Origin: Candidatus Latescibacterota bacterium
GTDB taxonomy: Bacteria; Latescibacterota; UBA2968; UBA8231
NCBI GenBank assembly: GCA_965261395.1
Contig: OZ253462.1
Location: 1,440,001 to 1,504,000 of the forward strand
DNA length: 64,000 nt
Reading direction: 5' to 3'
Shown here one piece after another: positions 1 to 10,000 of this stretch (the stretch's first letter is position 1; the number at the start of each line of letters is the position of its first letter). The notes under the pieces were generated by a model. That model did no database searches. It worked only from the letters and a program-made list of their open reading frames with translations, and was not told where the DNA came from. The position numbers were made by a program, and so were the translations under genes.

Positions 1-41
1 GCGCTGGCGGCCATCGCCTGAGTGCCATCGCATCTAACAGG

Positions 42-80
42 ATAGCCCCCGATGCCGGTTGAGCGTCGGGGGCTATTTCT
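42..80 (+). terminator. Probable intrinsic terminator hairpin
   Basis: ATAGCCCCCGATGC (42-55) pairs with GCGTCGGGGGCTAT (63-76) with one G-T pair, followed by a short T-rich tail; the minus-strand gene 135..590 ends nearby. Confidence 0.6.
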
Positions 81-134
81 ATTCAGTCAGCTATGCGAAA
101 AAATCGGTATTGGGATCGCCCTGCCGAATGGCAC

Positions 135-590
135 CTAATTCAGCCGTTTTTTGATGGTGTTCACGCTCTTGCGAATCACTCCCGTCCGGTATTCCAACAG
201 ACCTAATCGCCGGTTAAGGTGCTTTGTGCTATTGGTCAACTGGACAGAGAGCGCGTCCGTTTTGGTGGTTAGCTTCTTGGATCGGTTGCGTATCTCACCG
301 ATCTTGGTGTTAAGTCGCCCTAGGCCTCCGTCCATGTGAGCCAGCTTTGAACCGAGGCTGTCGGCCTTGCCTTCTAGCTTGCCCAGTTGCTTGGCGAGGC
401 GGCCTACTTGCTGGTCGAGGCCCTCGACGTGTTTCTGCACGCCCGACACCTGCCCCGAGACCGCGGCGATTTGCTCGGTCAAAGACTCGGCGACTTGCTG
501 CTGATAGGCTTTCATGTCGCTTGAGACTTTCCACAACAGAAGGGCCAGCACCACAAAGCCCGCGATATTGATCCCCATTGATTTGGTCAT
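135..590 (-). CDS. Membrane-anchored coiled-coil hypothetical protein
   Basis: N-terminal hydrophobic helix followed by a heptad pattern; GAGG RBS upstream. Confidence 0.7.
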   Translation of the reverse strand: MTKSMGINIAGFVVLALLLWKVSSDMKAYQQQVAESLTEQIAAVSGQVSGVQKHVEGLDQQVGRLAKQLGKLEGKADSLGSKLAHMDGGLGRLNTKIGEIRNRSKKLTTKTDALSVQLTNSTKHLNRRLGLLEYRTGVIRKSVNTIKKRLN

Positions 591-678
591 CGTGTGCCTC
601 CCTCAAGGCTTATTGCTATTGATTTCTGAGACTAAAAAGGATAAGAGACAATGGAAACATCAAAAAGGAGCAGCAGCG

Positions 679-2001
679 ATGTCCACGATACAGACGATGT
701 CACAGCGTGATCTCAGAGCCGAAGCCAAGCGCTACCTGCCGGGAGGCGTCGGAGCTACGGGACGGCACAACCCATGCTTGGGGTATGCCCTCTACCTGCG
801 CAATGCCGAGGGCTGCCGCATCTACGATGTCGATGGCAAGGAGTACATCGATTTCAACCTGGCCCACGGAGCCGCATTTTTGGGCTACAACCACCCGGCA
901 GTGCGCGAGGCCATGACTGCGGCATTGGACGCGGGCATTCTCTCCGGCTACGAGACCGAGGCACATACTGACCTGGCGCGGCGGATCACCGAGATCGTCC
1001 CCTGCGCCGAGCGCGTGCGCTACGGCAATACCGGCTCAGAGGGGACGATGGTCTGTGTCCGCTTGGCCCGCGCCCGCACTGGCAAGCACAAGATTCTCAA
1101 ATTTTGGGGGCACTTTCACGGCCTCTACGACTACGTCATGTTCAATTCGCACACACCGTTGACGCCGGTGACTCCGGGCAACTACGTCGAACCGCATGGT
1201 GAGTCTGCGGGCATGCCTCCGCAGATGGACGACCTCATCATCGTCGTACCGTGGAAGGACGAGGCCGCCTTGGAAAGAGCGCTGCGCGAGCACGGCGACG
1301 AGGTCGGCGGCATCATTATGGAACCGATCAATTACAACCAGGGTTGCATCGTCGCCGACACCGAGTACATGCAGTTCGTCCGCGACCAGGCCAGTGCCCA
1401 CGATATCGTCCTCATATACGACGAGGTGCTCTCGGCCTTCCGCACCGGGCCCGACTGCGCTCAGGGGTACTACGGTGTCACCCCGGATGTTTGTGTTTTG
1501 GGCAAGGCGGTTGCCGCTGGCGCTCCACTCACTGTCATCGCCGGCAAAGCCGAAATTATGGACCAAGTGGGACCGCTTGGCGAGGTGGCCCAGAGCGGTA
1601 CCTTCACCGGCAACCCGCCGGCCGTCATGACATCGCTGGCGGCCGTCAACGAGCTCACCAGTCCGGGGTTCTACGATCACATCTATGAAGCCGGAGGCCG
1701 GCTCTGCGACGGTCTGGTCGGACTGTTCGAGCGCGCCGGCGTGCCCGCTCGGGTGCAGGGACTGGGCGCGCGCTTCGGTATCTTCTTCGGATTCACCGAT
1801 CCCGTCGAGCGCTTCGACGATAGCCTCAACCGCGACCAGGAGATGACCGGGAAGTTCATCCGCGCCTGCGCCGACAAAGGGGTCTATTTCCACGACTACG
1901 GCACGCTCGTTGCTGGCCACCACGGCGTGTCCGCCCAGCACACCCTTGACGATATCGACGAAGCGCTCAATCGGGTCGAGAGTGCGCTACACAGTATGTA
2001 A
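679..2001 (+). CDS. Class III PLP aminotransferase (glutamate-1-semialdehyde aminomutase-like)
   Basis: YDVDGKEYIDF, NTGSEGT, FHG, YDEVLSAFR, LGKAVAAG (PLP Lys) and SGTFTGNP motifs; start at ATG 679 after AAGGAG. Confidence 0.9.
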   Translation: MSTIQTMSQRDLRAEAKRYLPGGVGATGRHNPCLGYALYLRNAEGCRIYDVDGKEYIDFNLAHGAAFLGYNHPAVREAMTAALDAGILSGYETEAHTDLARRITEIVPCAERVRYGNTGSEGTMVCVRLARARTGKHKILKFWGHFHGLYDYVMFNSHTPLTPVTPGNYVEPHGESAGMPPQMDDLIIVVPWKDEAALERALREHGDEVGGIIMEPINYNQGCIVADTEYMQFVRDQASAHDIVLIYDEVLSAFRTGPDCAQGYYGVTPDVCVLGKAVAAGAPLTVIAGKAEIMDQVGPLGEVAQSGTFTGNPPAVMTSLAAVNELTSPGFYDHIYEAGGRLCDGLVGLFERAGVPARVQGLGARFGIFFGFTDPVERFDDSLNRDQEMTGKFIRACADKGVYFHDYGTLVAGHHGVSAQHTLDDIDEALNRVESALHSM

Positions 2002-2108
2002 GCGCAACGGCGGTAGGCGATAAACTACAGATCAACATCACTCGGTACGCTTGCCTACTTGTGGACGTTCCCGTTGGTAGTGGTGTGGCCTTGGGGAGGG
2101 TACTTCGC

Positions 2109-2657
2109 TCAACTAGGGAAAAGACAGTCCACGGACAGCGTCCATCCCGGAACCGCCGGCTCGGCCGCTGCCGACTCGCCCCGCCGATATGCGATCGGCT
2201 CATCGGGATTTATCGCCTTGTAGCTTCGCACCACATCTTCACTCATCAAGTCCACATCCCAAACGACCAACGTCCCAGCGGCGAAATAGTCCGCCCGTTT
2301 TTGCGCCATCTCCTGCTCGGCCGTCGGACCATAATCGCTCTCGCTGCGGACCTCGACGGCGAAGACGGGTGCCCCTTTGAGAAACTTCATCGTCAGCTCA
2401 CCCGTATAGAATGCCGCGTCCGGGCTGAACGACTTACGTTCGGGAAGATCGACGATAAAGCCGACATTATCCGCGAAGGCGTACCCGGTGCGGGTGCGCT
2501 GCGCGTAGTCCCGCAAGCTGGCGAAAATCTCGCCCGCCGCATACCCCGGCAACCCTCCTGTCGGCGACATAAGTACTAATTCCCCTTTGATCAGTTCGGC
2601 CTTGCCATTTTCTTCTACGTGGCGCAGGTCATCCAGAGTAGCTGCAACATTTGTCAT
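2109..2657 (-). CDS. Uma2 (DUF820) family PD-(D/E)xK endonuclease
   Basis: KAELIKGELVLMSP, SPDAAF, PVFAVEVRSESD and KRADYFAAGTLVVWDVD motifs. Confidence 0.9.
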   Translation of the reverse strand: MTNVAATLDDLRHVEENGKAELIKGELVLMSPTGGLPGYAAGEIFASLRDYAQRTRTGYAFADNVGFIVDLPERKSFSPDAAFYTGELTMKFLKGAPVFAVEVRSESDYGPTAEQEMAQKRADYFAAGTLVVWDVDLMSEDVVRSYKAINPDEPIAYRRGESAAAEPAVPGWTLSVDCLFPS

Positions 2658-2698
2658 AGCGTAGACACATCCTGCTATAAGGTCATATGTGAACGGTA
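2652..2698. repeat. 47-bp direct repeat, copy 1 (Uma2 leader and start codon)
   Basis: TGTCATAGCgtAGACACATCCTGCTaTaAGGTCATATGTGAACGGTA matches 17737-17783 with 4 mismatches. Confidence 0.85.
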
Positions 2699-2851
2699 CA
2701 TTAGAATAATAACAGGAGCAAGTCCCAGCACAGTAGGCAGTGGACGGCGGCTTTCACGGCAAGGTTGGGCTGGCGGCTTGGGCGTGTTGGGCCGGCCCCG
2801 GTAGACAGGGTCCACCCACCACGCCCAGTGTGTTCACTCCCTGGCCTGTGC

Positions 2852-4030
2852 CTACCAGCGTGTGGTGATCCGGCCCAATACGCGCTGGTCCTCGTCCCCT
2901 TGGCGCAGGGACTCGCGTCGCGTCGCATCGACCCCCAGTGCGAAGTACACGGCGTCGTCGTGCAACAGGGTTAGCTGATAGCCCAGCCGGTAGTCCCGCG
3001 CCATCCCGGAAGTACCGATGCCGAGCCTCGGCGTGCCGACCAGCCGGCTGCCGACCGGCAGCCCGTAGCCGAAATCGGCATTGAAGCGGCTGCCCGGGGC
3101 GGATCCTCCGGCGGCCAGCCCCGCCATGGTCTCGCGGCTCCACAGCGCCTCGGCTCCGCTCGTAGCCCGTCCGCCCCAGGAGGGTGTCACCTGCGCCTTG
3201 AAGCCCAGCGGCGTCCTCGGCGTCGGGTCCAAGCTGAGTCGCACGGACCCACCCCGTTCCCCGAATCCTTCCGCTTGGTGCACCAGCAGCATCCGGATCT
3301 GCACATCGGCCGACAGACCGGTCAACGGATCTTTGACGATCAGGCCGCCGCCGAGGTCCACGCCCGCGCCCGTCTCGGCGTCGCCGCCGTCGCGCCGCAG
3401 CCCGACCTCCAGGCTCGGCTGCAGCGACAACCCGCGCCCGAAGTCGTAGCCGCGCGAGGCCTCCAGCGCCGTGCGGAAGCGGGTCACCGCGGCTTCGGTT
3501 GCCGCCAGTTGGCCCGACAGACCCTCGATGCCCACCACGCCCTCGATGCCGGTATCCACCCACAGCGCATCCGCCTTGACCGCCAGCCCGAAGCCCCCCT
3601 TCACCAAAGCAGCCAGATCGCCTCGCAAGCCGGCTGCGGCCATCGCCATGGAAAGCCCGCTTTTGAGCGCCGCGCCCTTGCCCGGCGTCAGGCTCAGCGT
3701 CCCCTTGCCGTATCCGGTTACGCCCCAGAGTGTGACGCGCTCGGTGGCCTTGTAGCCGACCCAGGGGTAGAGGCCGGTCACTGACGAGACCACTTCGCCG
3801 AGGTCCACCCCCGAGTAGTTGCCTTGGCTACTGCTGTGGAACAGCGGCAGGCCCATCACCAGCGACCCCTTGGCGTAGTCGGCTCCCAACATGGTCGTGC
3901 GGACCCGACCGCTGAGAGACAGCACGCCCTCCCGGCCGGCGAACCGCGACTGCGCCCCCCGGCCCCACAACGAGAAGGCACCGCCCTGGCGCGTCGCTTG
4001 GTTCAACTCGAAGGCCGAGCCGGTCAGCAC
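2852..4030 (-). CDS. Orphan autotransporter-type beta-barrel domain (no signal peptide; possibly pseudogene)
   Basis: GDVLTGSAFELN, TTMLGADY, GLYPWVGY and LEVGLRRDGGDAETGAG motifs with terminal Trp; in frame with the upstream gene behind a single TAG. Confidence 0.75.
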   Translation of the reverse strand: MLTGSAFELNQATRQGGAFSLWGRGAQSRFAGREGVLSLSGRVRTTMLGADYAKGSLVMGLPLFHSSSQGNYSGVDLGEVVSSVTGLYPWVGYKATERVTLWGVTGYGKGTLSLTPGKGAALKSGLSMAMAAAGLRGDLAALVKGGFGLAVKADALWVDTGIEGVVGIEGLSGQLAATEAAVTRFRTALEASRGYDFGRGLSLQPSLEVGLRRDGGDAETGAGVDLGGGLIVKDPLTGLSADVQIRMLLVHQAEGFGERGGSVRLSLDPTPRTPLGFKAQVTPSWGGRATSGAEALWSRETMAGLAAGGSAPGSRFNADFGYGLPVGSRLVGTPRLGIGTSGMARDYRLGYQLTLLHDDAVYFALGVDATRRESLRQGDEDQRVLGRITTRW

Positions 4031-4042
4031 GTCGCCCCTTTT

Positions 4043-4343
4043 CTATTTTATGAGCAACAGCCGCCGCACCCGTACCCCCTGCGTGCTGGTGAGCCGAGAC
4101 AGATACACCCCGCTGGCCAAGCCCGCCCCGGTGTCGTTGCGGCCATCCCAGACAATCTGGTAGCGCCCCGCCGCCTGCACGCCTTGGACTAAGGTGCGCA
4201 CCCGCTGTCCCCGGACATTGTAGATGGCCAATTCCACTGCACCAGCCACCGGCAGCGCGTAGGTCATCTGCGTTTCGGCATTGAATGGATTGGGATAGTT
4301 GGCGTATAGAGCGAACGTCTGGAGCGCAACCACCGATTTGGCC
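4043..4343. repeat. ~300-bp duplicated C-terminal-domain cassette, copy 1
   Basis: Near-identical at nucleotide level to 6661-6961. Confidence 0.9.
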
Positions 4344-5872
4344 AACTCGGTGTTCCTGATGGTCCCAGTCGCCTCCGCTCTCGTGATGGAGAGCGTCTGG
4401 GACGCGTCATTGCACAGCCGTGCATTGCTGATCTTGACCTTCACGGTCTCGCCGTTGTCGTTCACCGAGTCGTCGATGATGCGGACGAGGGGCTTGTCCA
4501 CCCGTTTTCCGATCTGCATCCAGTACGTGGCTTTCGGGAACTTGAGGTAGTCCGTTCCTTCCTCGGCGGTGCCGCCCGAGATGGTCTCAAAGTCGTAACA
4601 CACATAGTCGTCATGCTTCCGCGAGAGCCTGACATTGAAAACGAGCCACCCGCTGTCCTCGTCCCCGGTCGCGTCTTTGATCCGAATGGTCAGACCCGGC
4701 ACGTTGGTCGTGGTGGTCGTCGGCGCGTTGATCGTTCCCGTCGCCTCGGCGGTCGTGATGTCGAGGTCCTTTATTTTGTTGCCGTAGGCATCGACCACGC
4801 GCGCGTTGCTGAGCCTTACCTTCACCGTCTCCCCGGCGGCGGCGACTGTGTCCTCAATGAGCGCGAAGCCCATCTGCGCGGTCTTGTCTCCCGCCAGAAT
4901 GACGTGGGTGTAGGTGCGGCGAGCATGGTAGTCGACGCCTTCGGTGGCGGTGCCTCCCGAAATAGTCTCGAAGTCGACCTTCACCGTGTTCTGGAAGGAT
5001 CGCGAGAGCGTGACCTCGAACAGGAGGTGGCCGGCGTTCTCGGCGGCGCTGGCGTCCGCGATCGAGATGGCGGGCGGGATAGTTCCCCTGACTGCGATCT
5101 TGAGCTTGCCGGCAAGGTTATCCCAGGTTGTAGCAGTCGTAGACCGCTGCCGCGAACTGTTGGTGATGTTCCATCCGCTCGCCTTCCCCGAATCTTCGGA
5201 ATTACTGGTCGTGACCTCCAAGTCGTATCGAAGGTTACTGCCTGATCCCAGCGCCTCGAACACCACGAAGTAATTGGTGTCCTTTTCGAGGGTCGCATTG
5301 GCCGGCGCCCTGAAGCTGTTGATCGCGTCGTCGTTAAGCGTCGCCGGATTGGTCAGCACGTACAGGCTGCTGCCGGGATTGCCGGATGAGGTCGTGTAGA
5401 TGCTCACCTTTGGCCGAGAATTCGACCCGAAATCATCTACCCGGACTTGAATTGCCGAGAGCGTATAGCCACCCTCATTGTCGCCGGTCCTGAACTGCTG
5501 TGCTTGAAGTTGCCAGAGATGTCCGTGGGGACCGACTTCCCGGACATCGGGATCGGTGCTCTGACCGGTGTTGGAGACGAAGGTGGTCTTCTGGGCCTCG
5601 GCCTGAAGCGGCAGGGTCAGGAGCGCGGCGAACGCCACGAAGAACGCGGCCGCTGCGTGGCAGGCCACAGAACCTGCGCGCGACACCGATGCCGCCGCCG
5701 ATGTGCGGGACGCGCGATGGTTGGACGCGGAAGAGGACCCGCCCGGAGAGGGCGGGGAGGATTCAGGGGGCCGGCGAGGGCCTGGCGGGGACCCGTCATA
5801 CCCTGGACCAGAGTTAGATGTGGCTCTGGTCCCTTGGATACGGATCAGGAACGTCGCAACTAGCTTCTTCAT
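4043..5872 (-). CDS. Secreted surface protein with two Calx-beta-like domains and a C-terminal FlgD-Ig/T9SS-like sorting domain
   Basis: Signal peptide ending AEAQ; two DFETISGGTA(T/E)EGxDY...ETVKV repeats; C-terminal ANYPNPFN...YNVRGQRVRTL...WDGRND...ASGVY. Confidence 0.85.
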   Translation of the reverse strand: MKKLVATFLIRIQGTRATSNSGPGYDGSPPGPRRPPESSPPSPGGSSSASNHRASRTSAAASVSRAGSVACHAAAAFFVAFAALLTLPLQAEAQKTTFVSNTGQSTDPDVREVGPHGHLWQLQAQQFRTGDNEGGYTLSAIQVRVDDFGSNSRPKVSIYTTSSGNPGSSLYVLTNPATLNDDAINSFRAPANATLEKDTNYFVVFEALGSGSNLRYDLEVTTSNSEDSGKASGWNITNSSRQRSTTATTWDNLAGKLKIAVRGTIPPAISIADASAAENAGHLLFEVTLSRSFQNTVKVDFETISGGTATEGVDYHARRTYTHVILAGDKTAQMGFALIEDTVAAAGETVKVRLSNARVVDAYGNKIKDLDITTAEATGTINAPTTTTTNVPGLTIRIKDATGDEDSGWLVFNVRLSRKHDDYVCYDFETISGGTAEEGTDYLKFPKATYWMQIGKRVDKPLVRIIDDSVNDNGETVKVKISNARLCNDASQTLSITRAEATGTIRNTELAKSVVALQTFALYANYPNPFNAETQMTYALPVAGAVELAIYNVRGQRVRTLVQGVQAAGRYQIVWDGRNDTGAGLASGVYLSRLTSTQGVRVRRLLLIK

Positions 5873-5911
5873 GGATGGTGTCTCCTTTTCCCTAGTATGG
5901 TTTCTCGTTGA

Positions 5912-5948
5912 AGCACCCGAGACCCGCCCTGGGGAGGTCTCGGGTGCT
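5912..5948. promoter_or_regulatory. 13-bp perfect hairpin in the leader of 4043..5872
   Basis: AGCACCCGAGACC / GGTCTCGGGTGCT; no U-tract; lies ~40 nt upstream of the start codon. Confidence 0.5.
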
Positions 5949-5960
5949 CAGGGTGTCTAC

Positions 5961-6262
5961 ACAGCCTAGCCATCAGCGAGATGTTGAACTGCGCGGGAGC
6001 CGCTGGTAAGCAGGCCCCCGCAGCTTGGCGTGAGTCATATTATTCATTGGCAGACAGACAATCCCAGTTGATCGAGGTCATTGTTCAATATCGTGTCCAG
6101 ACTGGGCGGGATACACCCACTTAACTGATTGCCGGACAGAAGCAGGAGGTAAAGGTTGGTCAGTTGGCCTAACGCAGAGGGTATCGAGCCGGTTAACTCG
6201 TTGTCGAACAGACCCAAGCTTTCCAGGTTGGTCAGTTGGCCTAACGCAGAGGGTATCGAGCC
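5961..6262 (-). repeat. 302-bp inverted duplication of the LRR gene 3' end and trailer
   Basis: Reverse complement of 11249-11550; no mismatch seen by eye. Confidence 0.9.
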
Positions 6263-6638
6263 TAAATGTCAAGACTCCGTTCTTGGTAAAAAATTTAGTG
6301 ACCGCGTAGGTCGTACCGTCATCGGTGAAGTCGTCGCTCAACGTGTTCGAGTTGCTGCATTTTCTATTCCCCGTCGAGCTGTTGTCACAGCCCAACGGTA
6401 CGGGGGTCCCTGAGAATGTGGTCCTCGGCGTCAGCGTGGCCGTCCAGATTGTGGTCTGGGCTTGCGCGGGGAGGGCCGCGGCAAACAGCATGGCGAAGGC
6501 CACGAGGAATGTGGCTGCTAGGGTGTGCAGCGCGCGGGACTCTGGCGGATTTACGCTCGGTCCATATACGACACGTACGTCGTCACGCATCTCCTTAACC
6601 AATCCAGTTTCGGCATACCTCACGTGCGAATAAGTCAT
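6078..6638 (-). pseudogene. Truncated secreted protein fused out of frame to the duplicated LRR segment
   Basis: Signal peptide (PAQAQ) and WTATLT...GCD...FTDDGTTYAV start; the last ~60 aa are the LRR DNA read in a shifted frame. Confidence 0.75.
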
Positions 6639-6660
6639 AAGAACTCCTCTCTTGAATTTG

Positions 6661-6961
6661 CTATTTTATTAACAACAACTGCCGCACCCGTACCCCCTGC
6701 GTGCTGGCGAGCCGAGATAGATACACCCCGCTGGCCAGCGCCGCCCCGGTGTCGTTGCGGCCATCCCAGACGATCTGGGAGCGCCCCGCCGCCTGCACGC
6801 CTTGGACTAAGGTGCGCACCCGCTGTCCCCGGACATTGTAGATGGCCAATTCCACTGCACCAGCCACCGGCAGCGCGTAGGTCATCTGCGTTTCGGCATT
6901 GAATGGATTGGGATAGTTGGCGTATAGAGCGAACGCCTGCAGCGCAGCCACCGGTTTGGCC
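6661..6961. repeat. ~300-bp duplicated C-terminal-domain cassette, copy 2
   Basis: Near-identical to 4043-4343. Confidence 0.9.
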
Positions 6962-9324
6962 GCCGGGCCAGTCACCGTCGCCGACAGCCCATTCGACAAG
7001 GCGCGACCATCCTGGGTGCAGACCGCGCCATTGGTGTTGCACGAAGTGGTCGGTAGCAAGGAGATACCCACGTCGTTGGCGTCCGGCTGGATCGCAATTT
7101 CCCACCGATCGCTGCGACCGTCCACCCGCCGCGCACTGGTCACCCTGCCGCCGGTCACCGTCAACGCTTGGGTGCGCATCACCGCTTCAGTTAGCCAAAT
7201 CGGTTCGTTGAACGCGAGTTGCACTGCAAACGCAGTGGAGCCGTCGTGTCCTGTGGGCAAGCTCTCGAAACGCACTGTCAGCGGTGCTCGGTACACGACG
7301 GAGGCAGCCACGCCCTGCGACAGCATCCGTCCGTCCGCGGTGCAGATTGCGTTGTCGGCATCGCACGAGGGGGTCGGTGGCAAGGCGATACGCACGTCAT
7401 TGGGGTTCGGTTGGATCGTAGTTTCCCACCGATCGCTGCGACCGTTCACCCGGCGTGCGCTAGTCACCGCGCCACCAATCACCGCTAGGGCCTGCTGTAT
7501 CTCCGCCGCTTTGGTCCTCTCAATCGGTTCGCTGAACACGAGTTGCACCGCGAATTCAGTGGTGCCGTTGTGTCCTGCGGGCAAATTCTCAAAGCGCGCC
7601 ATCAACGGCTCCACTTCAGGCTGCGCGTCTTCTCCTGTTTGCGTCGCCAAAGGGATGACGACCTGCGCGTCGTTTTGGAGAACCAAGCCGTCCTGGGTGC
7701 AGACCGCGCCATTGGCGTTGCACGAGGTGGTCGGTAGCAAGGAGATACGCACGTCATTGGCGTTCGGCTGGATTATAATTTTCCACAGATCGCTGCGACC
7801 CTTTACGCGCCGCGTGCCAGTCACCCTGCCACCGGTCACCGTCAGCGCCGTGCGCAGTGCCGGTGCGGTTAGCCAGATCGGTTCGCTAAATACAAGTTGC
7901 AATGCGAACGCAGTGGTGCCGTCGTGCCCTGTGGGCAAGCTCTCGAAGCGCACCCTCAGCGGCGCTCTGGGCACGGAGACGGCCACGCCCTGCGACAGCA
8001 TCCGTCCGTCCGCGGTGCAGATTGCGTTGTCGGCATCGCACGAGGGGGTCGCTAGCAGAGACATGCTCACGTCGGCGTTGCTGTGCGGTATGGCTTTGAT
8101 CTCCCACCGATCGCTGCGACCATCCACCTGACGCACGCTGGTCACCGTACCGTGGGTCACCATCAGCATCTGCCGTATCGCCGCTTCGGTCGTCTCAATC
8201 GGTTCGCTGAACGCAAGTTGCACCGCGAACGCGGTGGAGCCGTCGTGTCCTGCGGGCAAGCTCTCGAAGCGCACCCTCAGCGGCGCTCTGGGAACGGAGA
8301 CAGTCACGCCCCGCGACAAGGTCCGTCCATCTGCGGTGCAGACTGCGCCGGCGACGCACGAGGTGGTTGATGGCAGAGATATGTTCACGTCGGCGTTGCT
8401 GTTGGGCGTCACTGTGATCTCCCACAGTTTGCGGCGACCATCCACCTGGCGCGCGCTGGTCACCGTACCGCCGGTCATCATCAGCGCCTGCTGTATCGCC
8501 TCTTGGGTCGTCCTAATTGGTTCGTTGAACGCAAGTTGCAGGGTGAACGCAGTGGAGCCGTCGTGTTCTTCGGGCACGTCCCTGAAGCGCGCTTTCAGCA
8601 GTACGATCTTCGGCTTAGGCCTCGCCGCCGCCTGAGCCGACGACGCCGGCGTCGCCGACGCCTGAGCCGACGCTGGTGCTGGGCATATTTGTGCCGACGA
8701 CGAGGTTGTCGGCGGGCATGTTTGCTCCGTGGTCCGCAGGCAAACCCCGGCCGTGCCACCCAAGGGAAGCGTGGTCGCAAAGCAGTCGGTATTCAGCGAG
8801 GGAGCGTTATCGTTTAGCCACGATTGGTCCCAGAGGAATTGCGCATAATACTTCTGGGCATCTGCGAACGGGAATTCCTCGCCGGCGAACTCCAAGACCA
8901 GCCCCTCAACGCTTTCCACCAACAGTTCTGCCAGAATAATTTGCACAACCCTGGGGTCCCCGCTCATAAGCTGTACGCGGTTATCGGTGTCGGAATAACT
9001 GAATTCATTGTTATCGATCGATCCCACATCGTGATCGAAGGTGATAGCTGCTTCGGCGTATCCTCGATAGTCCTGTCCATTGGTCGGCTCGCCAATGGTT
9101 ATTGTGGCGGACAAAATAGGATCGGTCGTCTGCGCTTGGGCGGCTGTGGCGAACAGGGCGACGAACGCCAACAGCAACCCAGCCGCTAGGCTGGAACGAG
9201 AGAGATTGGAAGGATAATCGGTTGCGTCCGATAGATGGGACGCGGGGAAGGAAGATTTAGGCGGCCGTAGTCTTGGCTCTTGGTTCTTAAATAGCGTACA
9301 GACAAGCAGTCTTCTACACCGCAT
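6661..9324 (-). CDS. Large secreted repeat protein with C-terminal FlgD-Ig/T9SS-like domain
   Basis: Signal peptide ending AQAQ; five ~106-aa repeats (RFESLPxGHDGSTAF...FSEPI...SCxAxxAVCTxDG); same C-terminal domain as 4043..5872. Start placed at ATG 9324 (GGAGG upstream); the ORF is open to 9489. Confidence 0.8.
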   Translation of the reverse strand: MRCRRLLVCTLFKNQEPRLRPPKSSFPASHLSDATDYPSNLSRSSLAAGLLLAFVALFATAAQAQTTDPILSATITIGEPTNGQDYRGYAEAAITFDHDVGSIDNNEFSYSDTDNRVQLMSGDPRVVQIILAELLVESVEGLVLEFAGEEFPFADAQKYYAQFLWDQSWLNDNAPSLNTDCFATTLPLGGTAGVCLRTTEQTCPPTTSSSAQICPAPASAQASATPASSAQAAARPKPKIVLLKARFRDVPEEHDGSTAFTLQLAFNEPIRTTQEAIQQALMMTGGTVTSARQVDGRRKLWEITVTPNSNADVNISLPSTTSCVAGAVCTADGRTLSRGVTVSVPRAPLRVRFESLPAGHDGSTAFAVQLAFSEPIETTEAAIRQMLMVTHGTVTSVRQVDGRSDRWEIKAIPHSNADVSMSLLATPSCDADNAICTADGRMLSQGVAVSVPRAPLRVRFESLPTGHDGTTAFALQLVFSEPIWLTAPALRTALTVTGGRVTGTRRVKGRSDLWKIIIQPNANDVRISLLPTTSCNANGAVCTQDGLVLQNDAQVVIPLATQTGEDAQPEVEPLMARFENLPAGHNGTTEFAVQLVFSEPIERTKAAEIQQALAVIGGAVTSARRVNGRSDRWETTIQPNPNDVRIALPPTPSCDADNAICTADGRMLSQGVAASVVYRAPLTVRFESLPTGHDGSTAFAVQLAFNEPIWLTEAVMRTQALTVTGGRVTSARRVDGRSDRWEIAIQPDANDVGISLLPTTSCNTNGAVCTQDGRALSNGLSATVTGPAAKPVAALQAFALYANYPNPFNAETQMTYALPVAGAVELAIYNVRGQRVRTLVQGVQAAGRSQIVWDGRNDTGAALASGVYLSRLASTQGVRVRQLLLIK
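6970..8595 (-). repeat. Five intragenic ~320-bp domain repeats
   Basis: Recurring HDG(S/T)TAF...CTxDG units in the protein and DNA; boundaries approximate. Confidence 0.8.
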
Positions 9325-9629
9325 ATAAGGTAATGCCTCCTCTGTGTGAAGGGTGAATCGGCCCCTATAAAGCGGGGCCCGGGCCATATCCACCTCACGC
9401 AGAGTATGCGGAGTATTCCTGTCTATTCGCCAAGCGATGGGAAGGGGAGCGACCCCTCCACCACTAAGCATTCTGGCTGTGTACAACAAGGGAACCGAGG
9501 AACCGACATGCGAGTTCCCTACGCAAGATGGATAAGAACAAAATAGGTGATTTTTGCAGAAAGTAAATACAGGCGATTGTGTATTAGAGCTGATTGCAAA
9601 TTAGAGTATTTTAAAACTGTTTTATTGGA

Positions 9630-9664
9630 GACCATATATAGTTCCTGTGGACTATATATGGTTC
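9630..9664. promoter_or_regulatory. Paired palindromic operator (consensus GAACCATATATGGTTC), site 1
   Basis: GACCATATATAGTTC-N5-GACTATATATGGTTC with a 20-bp period; homologous to 14236-14272 in inverse orientation. Confidence 0.65.
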
Positions 9665-10000
9665 ATTTATATAATTATGATTTTACCAATTTTGGTCTGC
9701 GTTTATGTCTCGGCTTCCGCCGCCGGTTACTTCAAAGGTGCCACTGAGCACGGAATTACGACCGCTTTCAAATTCGTCGTTGCTGATAGGGAATCGTGCA
9801 GCGAAGAAATCACCCGCAGCAACTCGTTACTACTCTGGAGGATCTTGATTCAGGCTCCCATGCCGGGGCTGTCGGCACATCGCCGCAAGCCGTCGTAGTT
9901 TCGCGCACACTCAATCAACATACGTTATCGAGTAGGTCTCCAGTCCAGTACATCCTTTTTCCCAATTTTGCGACGAAGCTAGAACTAAAGGGTAAGTAAA

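Noticed and set aside
4043-6961. Diversity-generating retroelement TR/VR pair (duplicated C-terminal 300 bp)
   Set aside because: Mismatches include C/T, G/C and T/G rather than being adenine-specific, and no reverse transcriptase is present.
6917-8131. Long antisense/shadow ORFs (also 27857..29119, 35763..36833, 62686..63642 and others)
   Set aside because: They overlap well-supported genes, lack recognisable motifs, and are expected in high-GC DNA.
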